Shown: piece by piece, positions 52,668-64,000 of the stretch | Layout: the number at the start of each line of letters is the position of its first letter | Position numbering within the stretch: the first letter of the stretch is position 1 | Assembly: GCF_009914755.1 (NCBI RefSeq) | Contig: NC_060938.1 | Reading direction: 5' to 3' (one strand) | Source: the human T2T-CHM13v2.0 reference genome, Homo sapiens | DNA: 64,000 nt | The notes under the pieces: generated by a model | What the model was told of the DNA's origin: nothing | Seen by the model: only the letters and a program-made list of their open reading frames with translations | The model's database searches: none | Translations under genes and position numbers: made by a program

Positions 52668-53873
52668 CTGTCCAAAGCAAGATACATATTCAATGCAATT
52701 TTTATCAAGTAACCAATATAATTGATTACATGTTTTAAAAAAAATCCTTAAATATATATGGAATCAAAAAACAGCCTGAATAGCAAAAGAAATCCCAAGG
52801 AAAAAGACCAAAGCTGAAAGCACCACATTCCCTGATTTCAAATTATACTACACAGATACAGTAAGAAAGACAGCATGGTACTGCTACTAAAAACAATAAC
52901 AATAATAATAATGTAAAAGAATAGACAGCCAAGAAATAAAGACAAGTTTCTACAACCACCTGTTCTTTGACAAAACTGACAAAAATATGCAATGGAGAAA
53001 CAACCCTCTATTCAGTAAGTGGTGCTGAAAAACTTAGACAGCCACACATAGAAGAATAAAACTAGACTTCTAGTTTTTCACCATAGACAAAAATTAATTG
53101 AATATGGATTCAATATTTAAATGTACAAACTGAAGAAAATGTAGGAGAAATTTTTCGGGACATTGGCCTAGGCAAATAAAATATGACTAAGACTTCAAAA
53201 GCATGGTGTGGTAGGTTTGGTTATTCATTATATTGAAAAATAAAGCTATCATATGCTCTGGTGATCCCACTTCTTGTCATATATTCAAAAGAAATAAAAT
53301 TATTATGTCAAACACATGTTCACTGCAAGATTATTTATAATAGTGTAGATTTGTAAAATAATTTAATGACCACAGATTGATGAATGTGTAAAGAAAATGT
53401 GTACACAGAAAACTGAATTTTATTAGGCTTTGAAAAGAAGGAAATTCTGACATTTGCAACAACAGGGATGGGGCTAGAGGACATGATGCTTAGTGGAATA
53501 AGCCAGATGCAGAAAGACTTAATGATCTCATTTACATGTGGGATCTAAAATATTCAAGCTCTTGAAAGCAGAGAGTAGAATAGTGGGTCCCAGGCCTGTG
53601 AGGAGAGGGAAATCAGATGATGTCGGTCGAAGGGTAGAGGTCCAGTTGTGCAGGGTGAATGAGTTCTGCAGATCTAATGTACTGCAATGTTCTTGTATTT
53701 AATGCTGTATTGTAAATGTGATTTTTGCTGAACGGGTAGATCGTAGGTGTTCTCATGAGACACACACACATACACACACATGTAGTACATTTTAAAAAAA
53801 TAAAATGGTAGCTCCATGAGAAAATGGATATACAAATTACCTTGGCCATGATGAGCATTTCACAATGTGTATC

Positions 53874-54285
53874 TGATGTGGTTTGGATCTGTGTCCTGCC
53901 CCAAATCTCATGTTGTATTATAATCCTCAATTGTGAAGGTGGGACCTGGTGGGAGATGACTGGGACATGGGGTGGGTCTTTCATGAATGGTTTAGAACAA
54001 ACTCCTGGTGCTGTTCTCATGACAGTGTGTGAGTTCTCATAAGATCTAGTTGCCTAACAGTGTGTAGACCTTCCCTGCTTCCTGTGGCTCCTGGTCTGGC
54101 CATGTGACGCACCTGCTCCCCTTTGTCTTCTGCCATGATCCTAACTTTCCTGACTCTCCCCAGAAGGAGAAGCCACTACACTTCCTGTACAGCCTGCAGA
54201 ACCGTGAGCCAATTAAACACACTTTTTTTCTCAAATCCCTCAGTCTCAGGCATTTTTTATAGCACCGTGAGAATGGACTAATACA
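53874..54285 (+). mobile_element. MSTA solo LTR
   Basis: TGATGTGGTTTGGATCTGTGTCC..GGACTAATACA; TSD-like GTATC/ACATC. Confidence 0.85.
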
Positions 54286-55436
54286 ACATCAAAACGTCAA
54301 GTGGGGCACCTTAAAGCTATACATTATTAAAATATTTCAATTATACCTCAATAAAACTGAAAAAATTTAAGCTTATAATAAATACATACTTCATATTTTC
54401 TCAATAAAAGGAAGACAACATAGGAAAACTTACACTAAGACATTTGTAACAGCTTTGTTTATAATATTCATAAACTGGAAACAAATTTAAAGTCGATTTA
54501 CAGGAAAATAAATCAAAATACTGTCATTTACTTATTTAACAGACTGACTCAGATATAAAACCTCTCTCCCTCATCTCTCTCTCTCTCTCTCTCTCTCCAT
54601 ATATATGTGAAAACTTTGAGGTTTCATATCAGAGTCAGTCCATTACTTGAATAAATGATAATATGTTGATCTAATTTAATACCTTAAATAGCAGGAAATA
54701 ACCTCAAAAAATAGCAATGTAGCCCATTACCAAATTAAGGTCTAAAATGTTTGATTGCATTTATATAAAGTTCAAAACAGAAAAAAAATGGATCTATAGT
54801 GTCAGAAATCAAAACATTTCCCCATGCAGGAGCTGACCGCAAGCACAGAAAAAGACGCATGTTGTGGGGAAGGACTTGCTCTTCAGGCTACCTTAGGTGT
54901 TGGGAACAAAGGTATTCACATTTGACAGAAACTCTCTAGTGATACATTTCAGGTCTACGCATTTTTTCTCATATGTAATTTTTTTCTTATATAAATAAAA
55001 CATGTAGAATAGTTTAAAATTCAGTAAATAGTAAAATTAGTATTAAAATCCTACATGAAATATCAACATCATTATAGGAATTAATAAAATGCATTCAAGT
55101 ATACCTACTAAAATTAAATCCCAGAAATCAAAAAGATAACTGTAACATCTGAAACTTATTAATGAGTATATATTTCATAGAGAAGGAAAAAATTGTCGAC
55201 ATGTGGCACATGTATTTTTTCCAATCAAACGTCATTAAATTATTTATACAACATTTTAACCTGTGTCATTGGTATAAATTACCAATATTTTTTGTAATAT
55301 TACAACTGAGAACAATTTTTAAAGAAAAAAGGATATTTGCACGCCCATGAACTAAATGGAATGTATTTTCAATGTTGGTCCAACTATTACACCTCTAACA
55401 ATACCATGGTTTTGAGTGGGGCTTGGAAAAAATATT

Positions 55437-55586
55437 TTTTATTTTATTTATTTATTTTATTTATTTTATTTTATTTTTTTGAAATGGAGTCTTGCTCTGT
55501 TGCCAGGCTGGAGTGAAGTGGCGCCATCTCGGCTCACCACAACCTCCGCCTCCCAGCTTCAAGTGATTCTCCTGCCTCAGCCTCCC
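55437..55586 (-). mobile_element. 5'-truncated Alu right arm at the 3' end of the HOMER2 retrocopy
   Basis: About 105 bp of Alu right monomer plus a (TAAAA)n tail. Confidence 0.9.
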
Positions 55587-55588
55587 TC

Positions 55589-57318
55589 TTTTTTTTTAAT
55601 TGAACAAATATTTATAAAGCACCTACTTTGCGCCAGGCATTGTGCTAGGCACCCTCACTGTGTGCTGTTCCCGCACCACAGTCAACTGCTCAGAAATTAA
55701 AACAAAGAAATGGAACATTGTCACAACCATACAAACTGGGGGGCACGGGGCAGGATCGGGGATGCAGGTGATTCCCAAACCAGAAAATGTACTCACCAGA
55801 AACCTGTTTTCCATCTCTGGGCAAGTCTCCACTAAACAGTTATTTTAAAGCTTCCCCATGTTTTCGGAGAGGAATGTTGTTCTCCCTGTGCCCCCAAGGC
55901 TGGCACCTGGAGGACCTTCAAATACTCTGAATGCTATCGGATAAAAGGAGCCCGATGGCCTGGTGTAAAGAATATCAATATTTGGATGAGAAAATGCTTT
56001 TTTTCAGTTCATATGGTTCCAACAACCCTTATGAACGATATAAACATCCCTGGCCTGACTGCGTAAATGTTGAAGGTAGACCTGGTTCTGGTTTCCTCAG
56101 TCAGAATCTTCCAGTTGTCCACAACCTCACAAGGCCAGAGAAGCGAGAGATTTCTATTCTGGAAAGGAGTGAGTGGATGGCACAACTGGTTTGGAAACAC
56201 GACACACGGCGCCTGCATTTACAGAAGCAACGCACACAGGGAACGTCCTAGCGCCATCTGGTCTCGCACACATACTTAGGACTCACGTTGGGGATCCCGG
56301 GCCTCTGCCAGCCCTAGTTGTTGGTGCCCAGCCTGGGAGGCCTGGGCGGAAGTTATGCAGGCCTGGATCTTCCGGTCCAGCGCCACCAGGAAGCGCCTCC
56401 AGGTGGCGCTGTCGGGATTTGCTCTCCTCAGGGCCTATCTTTAGGGAACGCACTTTATCTTCCAGGTTTTGATCCTCTCTCTGCCGCCTCCATCTTCTCA
56501 GAGACACAGTCGCACTCTGACTCACGGCCTCTTCCTCTGCTCCGCACTGGCCGTCGACTCCTGCAGCGCCGTGGGCAGCCGGAAGTCGGTCTCCCGCCGG
56601 GTCTGCAGCTCCATCTCCCACCTCTTCCCGTGGGCAGCTCTGCGTCGAGGCCGCCTTCAGCTTGTGGTTCCCAGACTGCAGGTGCGTGTCGGCTGCAGCG
56701 GCCTGAGAGGCCTTTCATCGTCCGTCCCGTTGACACTGGATGCCGGAGTAGAAGATGGGGCTCCACGCCCTGATTCTCAGGATGATTACTCGAGGGCTCC
56801 ATGTTCTCCTGGGTCTTGTCTTTGGCTGTCTTGGCCGCTTCTTCCACCTCCTGGAATTTCTCTGCAAACTTTGTCAGCTGCTGCTCAGAGGAAAACCCCA
56901 AACCAAACACCGTGTTGGCTCTGCTGTCGGCCCACTGCCCAGACGTCTGTGACGTGTTGGTGAAGGTCATATTCTGTGTAATTGTGTTGTTTATGGTCAC
57001 CTTGGCGCTGTCCACACTGATGATCCCATAGCTGTTCCTTGTGACATCATAGAAACAGGAAATGGTGACCGCCTGTTGCTCGCAGGCATCCAGTTCTTCT
57101 TGGTGTTGGGGTCAATCTGGAAGACCCGCGCTCGGGGGGTGAAGATGGGCTGTTCTCCCATTCTGACGCTGCTCCAGCGGCCGCTCCGACCCGGCCTCTG
57201 GCGCTGGCTCTCCGCCCGCTGGGCATCCGCTCCCCGCGCGGCACGTGCGGCGGCCCCTGCGCGCCTGGCTCAGCCCTGGCGCCGCTCCATTCCGCCAGGC
57301 GCGGGCGGGCAGGAGCTC
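55589..57318 (-). pseudogene. Processed HOMER2 pseudogene (HOMER2P1 or P2, numbering not determinable here); CDS remnant 56314-57161
   Basis: Intronless. [28 protein letters not shown], then a frameshift; EVH1 segment [32 protein letters not shown]; C-terminal [19 protein letters not shown]-rich 5'UTR, 3'UTR, A tail and TSD are all present. Confidence 0.93.
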
Positions 57319-58488
57319 TGGAAAAAATTATTCTAAGAGACAAATTAAAAGAATAATCTGTAATAAGGAGACGTCAACATTCCATCTCAGAAAAAAACTG
57401 AAAACATGTAATACATACAAAGTCCTGAGAAGAAACCTCGAAGCACAGGAAGGGTCTCATGTATAGTAGGTTGTAATATGTTTATTGTTAAAATTATTAC
57501 CTTTGTGTTGTTTTGAAAAATTGAAGAAAAATATAATGAAATTAAGTGTTTTGTGCTTCTCTGGTATAACAGCATGTTGAGAAAACTGAAGAGCCCTGTA
57601 ATCCTGAGGAGGGGGCCTAATCCAAGGAGAGAGAGGCTCCGGGTCCTGTGGACACACACGGGTTGCCTGCTTCACCCCATCTAGGAGCTGCTTCCTGAAG
57701 CCTTCAGGAGGCAGGAAGCTGAATTTGTTTCTCAGGACAATCTAATCACATCCGGACAGGGAGAAAAACATTCATGACCTAGGACAGATAAAATATGTAT
57801 AATTAAAATTTCATTGAAAATTGAGAAATTTTGGTTGTATGTATTTATAGTGAATAAAGCTATGTTATGATTTATGAATGCAATATGGAATAATTGAATC
57901 GAGCTGATTGACATATATATCACCTCAAATCCTCAAATTTTTATTTTTGTGTGTGTGACAAGGACATTTGAAATTTGTTCTTGGATGTTTGAAAATGACC
58001 AATACACTATGTTTAAGGTTACAAATAGACATCAATTTATGTAAACTATAGGCAATGATTGAAAGGAATATGGATTACTATATATGTTTCATTCTTTAGG
58101 ATGTATTTTATAATTGTTATAATAATTTTATTATAACATTAAATATAAAAGACCACATATATGTATAAGTTTGTGTATTTACACATATGTCTATAGATGT
58201 AAATTAATGTCCCTATAGCTATGTAGTAGCTGATATCAACAGATGTTAACAAAACTCTAAAAAGAACAAGTGCAAATTATTAGGAAGAATTATTTCTTGA
58301 AGGTATGTATTTTAAAAAAATAACCTTACATATAAAATAAAAATTAATAAAACACAATTCCCAATAAAAAAGTTCATGATAAATAACCATAGTAAAATAT
58401 CACAACCTAATAAGTCTCCAGAGTCCTGCAACAATAAGCCCGCCTCCTGCAGCTGAGAAAGGAAACCACCCGCATGGCCCTGCAGGGA

Positions 58489-58527
58489 GGTTTGTGTCTG
58501 GGCTCACACTGACCTCCCCTCACTGTG
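58489..58527 (-). other. 23-RSS of IGHV3-25 (intact)
   Basis: CACAGTG (58521-58527), 23-bp spacer, ACACAAACC (58489-58497). Confidence 0.93.
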
Positions 58528-58981
58528 TCTCTGGTACACTAATAGAGGGCCGTGTCCTCGGTTTTCAGGCTGTTCATTTGCAGATGAAGTGTGTTCTTGG
58601 CGTTATCTCTGGAGGTATTGAATCGGTCCTTACCGGAGTCTATGAGGTATGTGCTACCCCCATTAGGATTAACTTGTCAAACCAACTCCAGCCCATTCCC
58701 TGGAGCCTGGCGGACACAGTTCATGTAGTAGCTACTGAAGGTGAATTGAGAGGCTGCACAGGAGAGTCTCGGGGACCACGCAGGCTTTGCCAAGCCTCCC
58801 CCAGACTCCACCAGCTGCATCTCACACTGGATACCTGCAAACACAGAGACACCCCGGTCAGAAACTGCCACACGTATCCACTGTTTCTCACTCATATCCA
58901 TTCATACTCAATATCTCTAGTTCTCTATAGATCACGTTTTAAAATAGCAACAAGGAAAACCCAGCTCAGCACAAACTCCAT
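58528..58981 (-). pseudogene. IGHV3-25: IGHV3-25 pseudogene; leader 58936-58981, V exon 58528-58834
   Basis: [28 protein letters not shown] (Trp to Cys); TGA at 58677-58679; TAG at 58539-58541; octamer mutated to ATGGAAAT (59107-59114). Confidence 0.92.
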
Positions 58982-61814
58982 GGTGAGTCCTCTGTGTTCG
59001 GTGCTGATCACCAGATGAAAACACCTGGGAATTCGGGGGCTGGGCTCCTCTCCCAGAGCTGCAGGGTCGGGGTTGGGCTGGTTTTTATCAGCAGAGAGTG
59101 GGCCCTATTTCCATGTCTCCTACTATATAGCAAGCTCAGGGGTGGGACGGCTGAGGAGAAGGCAGTGCCCGGAGCAGATGAGAGTGTCCTGGAAAACTCT
59201 GGAGGTAATCCTATCACTCTGGAAAATATAACTTCAGATTATGTGATTGTGCCTTGGTAATCATTTAGCAGACATCAGCTTATTTAACTTTTACATATTT
59301 GCAGAATATATTTAATGCAACTGTCAATGTTACATTTGTAGAGAAGATAAATTACATACAGAACAGAGCAGTTGTGCAATGTGTCCAATATCACACATCT
59401 GGCCAGAGTTAGCCCTATTATGCGTGCCTGTGCCTCTAAACACTGGAGGAGACTGCTCCCCTGAGACAGCTCCAGGGTGGTGTGGGACATGCCTAGAGAG
59501 GTTTTCAGGATGTCCCTCCTGTCATAACAACTTTGTGTAATTTTGCCTTTTCTAGTGTTTACCTGAAATCTACAATCAGTGTTCACATGTGTGTATTTTC
59601 AGGAGTCCTTGATTATTCAAGTGTCGGTATTTATCCATTTCTTGCTCTTTCTCAGCCAATATATTCATTTTTATTACTGCTTTATTAAAAAAACAATCAA
59701 TAATGAAATCAAATTGATAGTGAAGCATTTGGAAAATGTTGATATATGTGTGCAGTCATTGAATCAGCACTTCAATCATGTTTTAGCAATTAAGTTAACC
59801 TCTAATTTTTTTATCTAACTTGTCTATAATTTTATTTCACCACGTTGTTACTCTGCCCACCCTATTTTCAGAGAAATTCAGATCTTCTCTATGTTAATTT
59901 AGAATATTGCATCTTCTGTGATTTATACAAATGAAATCACATGAAATTGATGGTGAATTCTTTAGCTTCCTCCACTCAGCAAAATTATTTGATAATGCCC
60001 TCATGTTCTTATGTGAATGAGGCATGCCTTGATTTCAGTGGTTCATTCTATTTCAGTACATGAATATTTCTCAAATTGTTTAACAATGCACCAAATAATG
60101 GATACTTCATTTGTTGTCTTAGTTTCTGAATTTTATTTAGAAATCAGATACTAAGCGTTAGAATGTAAAAATTGAGAAAATGATATTATTCTGACCTCGT
60201 TAACAAAAAACATGAAGAATTACAAAAAATAAACCCCTCACCATATCTGAGTTGATGTCACAGAGAAAAAAATCCCTGAAATATGAGAAAATAGGGGCCC
60301 GCAGAGAGAACTAGGGTGCGTTTATTAGAGTACCTGGGGCAGGTGCCACTCATGGCATGGTATTGAAGATAGGAAAAAGCTAACCTGGAAATGTTTAATG
60401 AGTTGCTTGAAGATGTGTGTGCTAATGGTGTGAGAGTGTGAAACTCCTGGCACTTGCAGGCTTTTCCTACAGAATTGGGGAAATCCCCAGACAACTCACC
60501 CACCTGCTGTCCTGTGGTGTTGACTGGGGAGGAAGAACAGTAGCTCCGTTCAATGCTGAATCCCCCTTCATTATATGCAGGAGACATTTATTAAATCTTG
60601 TGTCCTGTGGGCACTGGTAGAATCAACTAGAACACAAGGAAACAGAGGACATCAGGGAAACTCTACCCAGAATCACCTCCCGTCTGTTTCCTGAGGAATG
60701 AAATCCAGAATCTGTGGGGTAAGGACAGTGGGTCAGAAGCTGAGGACACTGATGAAAAAACAGCATGACTGGGAAGAGACACTGTGACACTGAGGAAGGG
60801 AAGGAACAGGAACACTTGGAAGATCATGCATCAGAGCCAGTCTCACCACCCATAGCTAAGAAGGAGGCTCAGCCAGAAGGTTGGAAAACGTGCCCCTGTG
60901 TCCAAGCCCCTTCATCCCACAAACAGTCACCAAGTAAATGTGTCAGCAGGATGCACCTGCCACAGCTGAAAGAGACAGCCTTTCTTTGGGGAGAATGAAA
61001 TGTGAAGATCCAAAGCCAAACAGGGACACAAACGCAGGTATCACCAGAGGAACCTGAAGTTTTTGTGAACAGGAGAAGCTGATTTCAACTCTGATAGCCA
61101 CGGCAACCATACACTTGAAACCCAAGCCTGACTAGGTTCGCAGAAACATGGTTAATAAAGGCCCAGCAGAATGTAATGTGTGATCATCTCCAGGAAAAAC
61201 TAATAATAATTACAAGAAAATAAATTACAGGTGAAATGCAAACTGAAATTCTACATGCATTAAAATTTCATTAAAGGTGAATGGCAAATAAAATTCTGTC
61301 AGAAAAAAAGATCTGGAGAATATGTGTTGTCAGCACATTCATGTTTCAGGGCACATTTTACAAAGATTCTCTGCGAGTAGCCATGTGATATGCACTCAAA
61401 ATAGAAATCTCTACAAAGAAATAAAGATTGTAAAAATGGAAAAATCTAGATGAATTGTACTCTTTAACATTTGTAATTGCTATAAGATATAACTGTATAA
61501 AGTAATAAAAAATTACATATTCTATTTTACAGCATATGTAAGTGCAAACAGAATAAACAAGAAAGAGTGGCGAGAAGGAGGAATTCAAAGCACACAGTTA
61601 CACTATCTGTGTTCTTCATATCAAGGCCATCACAGGATTTACATTAGAATCTAATTACATACAATTTTTATTGTAAATCTTATGGTAACTATACAATATT
61701 TATAAAAAGGTAATTAAATACCATGTTAATAGAGAAATAAGCATCATTATAAAATGTTAATTTAAACAAAAATTAACAGAAAAAAATATTGTTGGTTTAA
61801 AAATAGAATTTATT

Positions 61815-62764
<950 letters not shown>

Positions 62765-63049
62765 TAAAAAAGCAATACACAACTATTAGCTATGTACAAG
62801 AAAGTTTCTCTACATATTCACAAATAGAAAAGATAAATATGAGAAAACATGAACCAAGAAAAGCTATAGTAGCTGTATAAATTTAAGACAAGGTAGACAT
62901 CAAAAAACACTTTCAGGACTTAAGGATATTACATACTATAAAGTTATCAGTTTTTTTAAAGACACCAAAAAAGACTTAACAAATGTATAATAGATGAGGA
63001 ATACACTATTCATTGTGATTTACATAACAAAAGTGATAAAGGAAGTAAA

Positions 63050-63433
63050 GATATCAGTGAGACCATGCACGTAAGGGTGTCCTGGGGACTGTGAAGATTC
63101 TTTGTATTCATGGAGGGCACCACTGAGAGCTTCCTCTTCAATTTCTCCCTGTTGCTGCCCACATCAACCCTGGTCCTGGAGCTTGCTGGACCAAGCTTAT
63201 GCTGCAATCAGTGAAGGTGAATCCAGAGTCTTTGCAGGAGAGACTCAGATAGCCCCCGGCTGCACCGTTATTTCCTCTGTCTCCCCCGGTGAACTTCACA
63301 CAGGACTTCTGCAAACACAGAGGGAACAGACTGAGAACAGCCTCATCTGGAGCAGCCACAGCTGAGCCTGATCCGCAAGGACACTAATATTGAGAGTGAT
63401 GAGAAGGGAAGCCCAGATCAGCACAGACCCCAT
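63050..63433 (-). pseudogene. IGHVIII-25-1: Degenerate clan III V pseudogene, 3'-truncated, no RSS seen
   Basis: Leader-like MGSVLIWASLLITL, acceptor [42 protein letters not shown] and a decayed FR3. Symbol assigned from position. Confidence 0.8.
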
Positions 63434-64000
63434 GGTGTGGATACTGAGGAAGGCACAGGTGTGGGGTGGTTCCTCACCAGGACCACTACGGACAGGGGAT
63501 GAGCTGCTCCTCTTGAGTGTGGGAGTGACCACATTTCCATGTCTCCCTTCCTGTGGACATGTGTTTGCTACTTATCAGCGATCATCCCCCCTCTGCCTGT
63601 GGATTTCAGGGAGGGCAGATCAAAGGATTCCTGGGATTGGATGCTCAGAGTTAATCTGCAAACTACACTTTCTTTTTCTCTAATGAGGGCACTTTTCAGG
63701 TGTCTTTATAGATGAATGTTTATCAACAAAATAACCCAGTAAATACATGAAAATAAACTTTTCCCAGAGGAAACATATATCTGCCTGTAGTCTCTACATG
63801 TAGAGCTGTAAACCACTGTTCTTAACAAGAAGGCAAAATGTTCATTTAGAATTTAAAATAAAATGCAGATCTACACATTGTTATGGCTAGAGTCCATAAG
63901 TGCTTGTATTCTGAGCTAATTTTGCTACACAGCAGTTCAGCATCAGGCATATATGCTTATGTGAAGAAGGAGTCATTGTGGGGCATGTGTGGTTTTCTGA

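Noticed and set aside
56455-57015. 186-aa ORF as a functional short HOMER protein
   Set aside because: It starts at a non-ATG codon inside EVH1, lacks the N-terminal part of the domain and shifts out of frame after about 78 residues.

Overview
This is human immunoglobulin heavy-chain variable (IGHV) locus DNA in germline, unrearranged configuration, with every V segment on the minus strand. In order it holds IGHV3-21 (intact), IGHV3-22 (pseudogene), a clan II V remnant (IGHV(II)-22-1), a truncated clan III remnant (IGHV(III)-22-2), IGHV3-23 (intact), IGHV1-24 (intact, GC-AG leader intron), a CpG-rich processed HOMER2 pseudogene, IGHV3-25 (pseudogene) and IGHV(III)-25-1. The intact genes show leader exon, intron, V exon, a 23-bp-spacer RSS and a promoter octamer. 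The rest is L1, Alu, MaLR, ERV1 and MER1 repeats plus nested ancient duplications. I see no evidence of a new biological system; this is a well-known locus. The most interesting sequence-level signals are: (i) IGHV3-22 looks like a chimera of an IGHV3-23-like 5' half and a different VH3 lineage 3' half, and it keeps a perfect RSS, CTCF site and octamer; (ii) a roughly 373-bp identical patch inside an otherwise diverged duplication with a 10.84-kb offset; (iii) CTCF-site turnover, with an orphan site upstream of IGHV1-24 and a precise deletion of the site at IGHV3-25; (iv) a HOMER2 retrocopy plus Alu fragment inside one TSD pair that has kept CpG-island character; (v) three twin-primed (5'-inverted) L1 insertions. 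All alignments were done by eye. Repeat subfamily names and gene symbols come from recall and were not database-checked.
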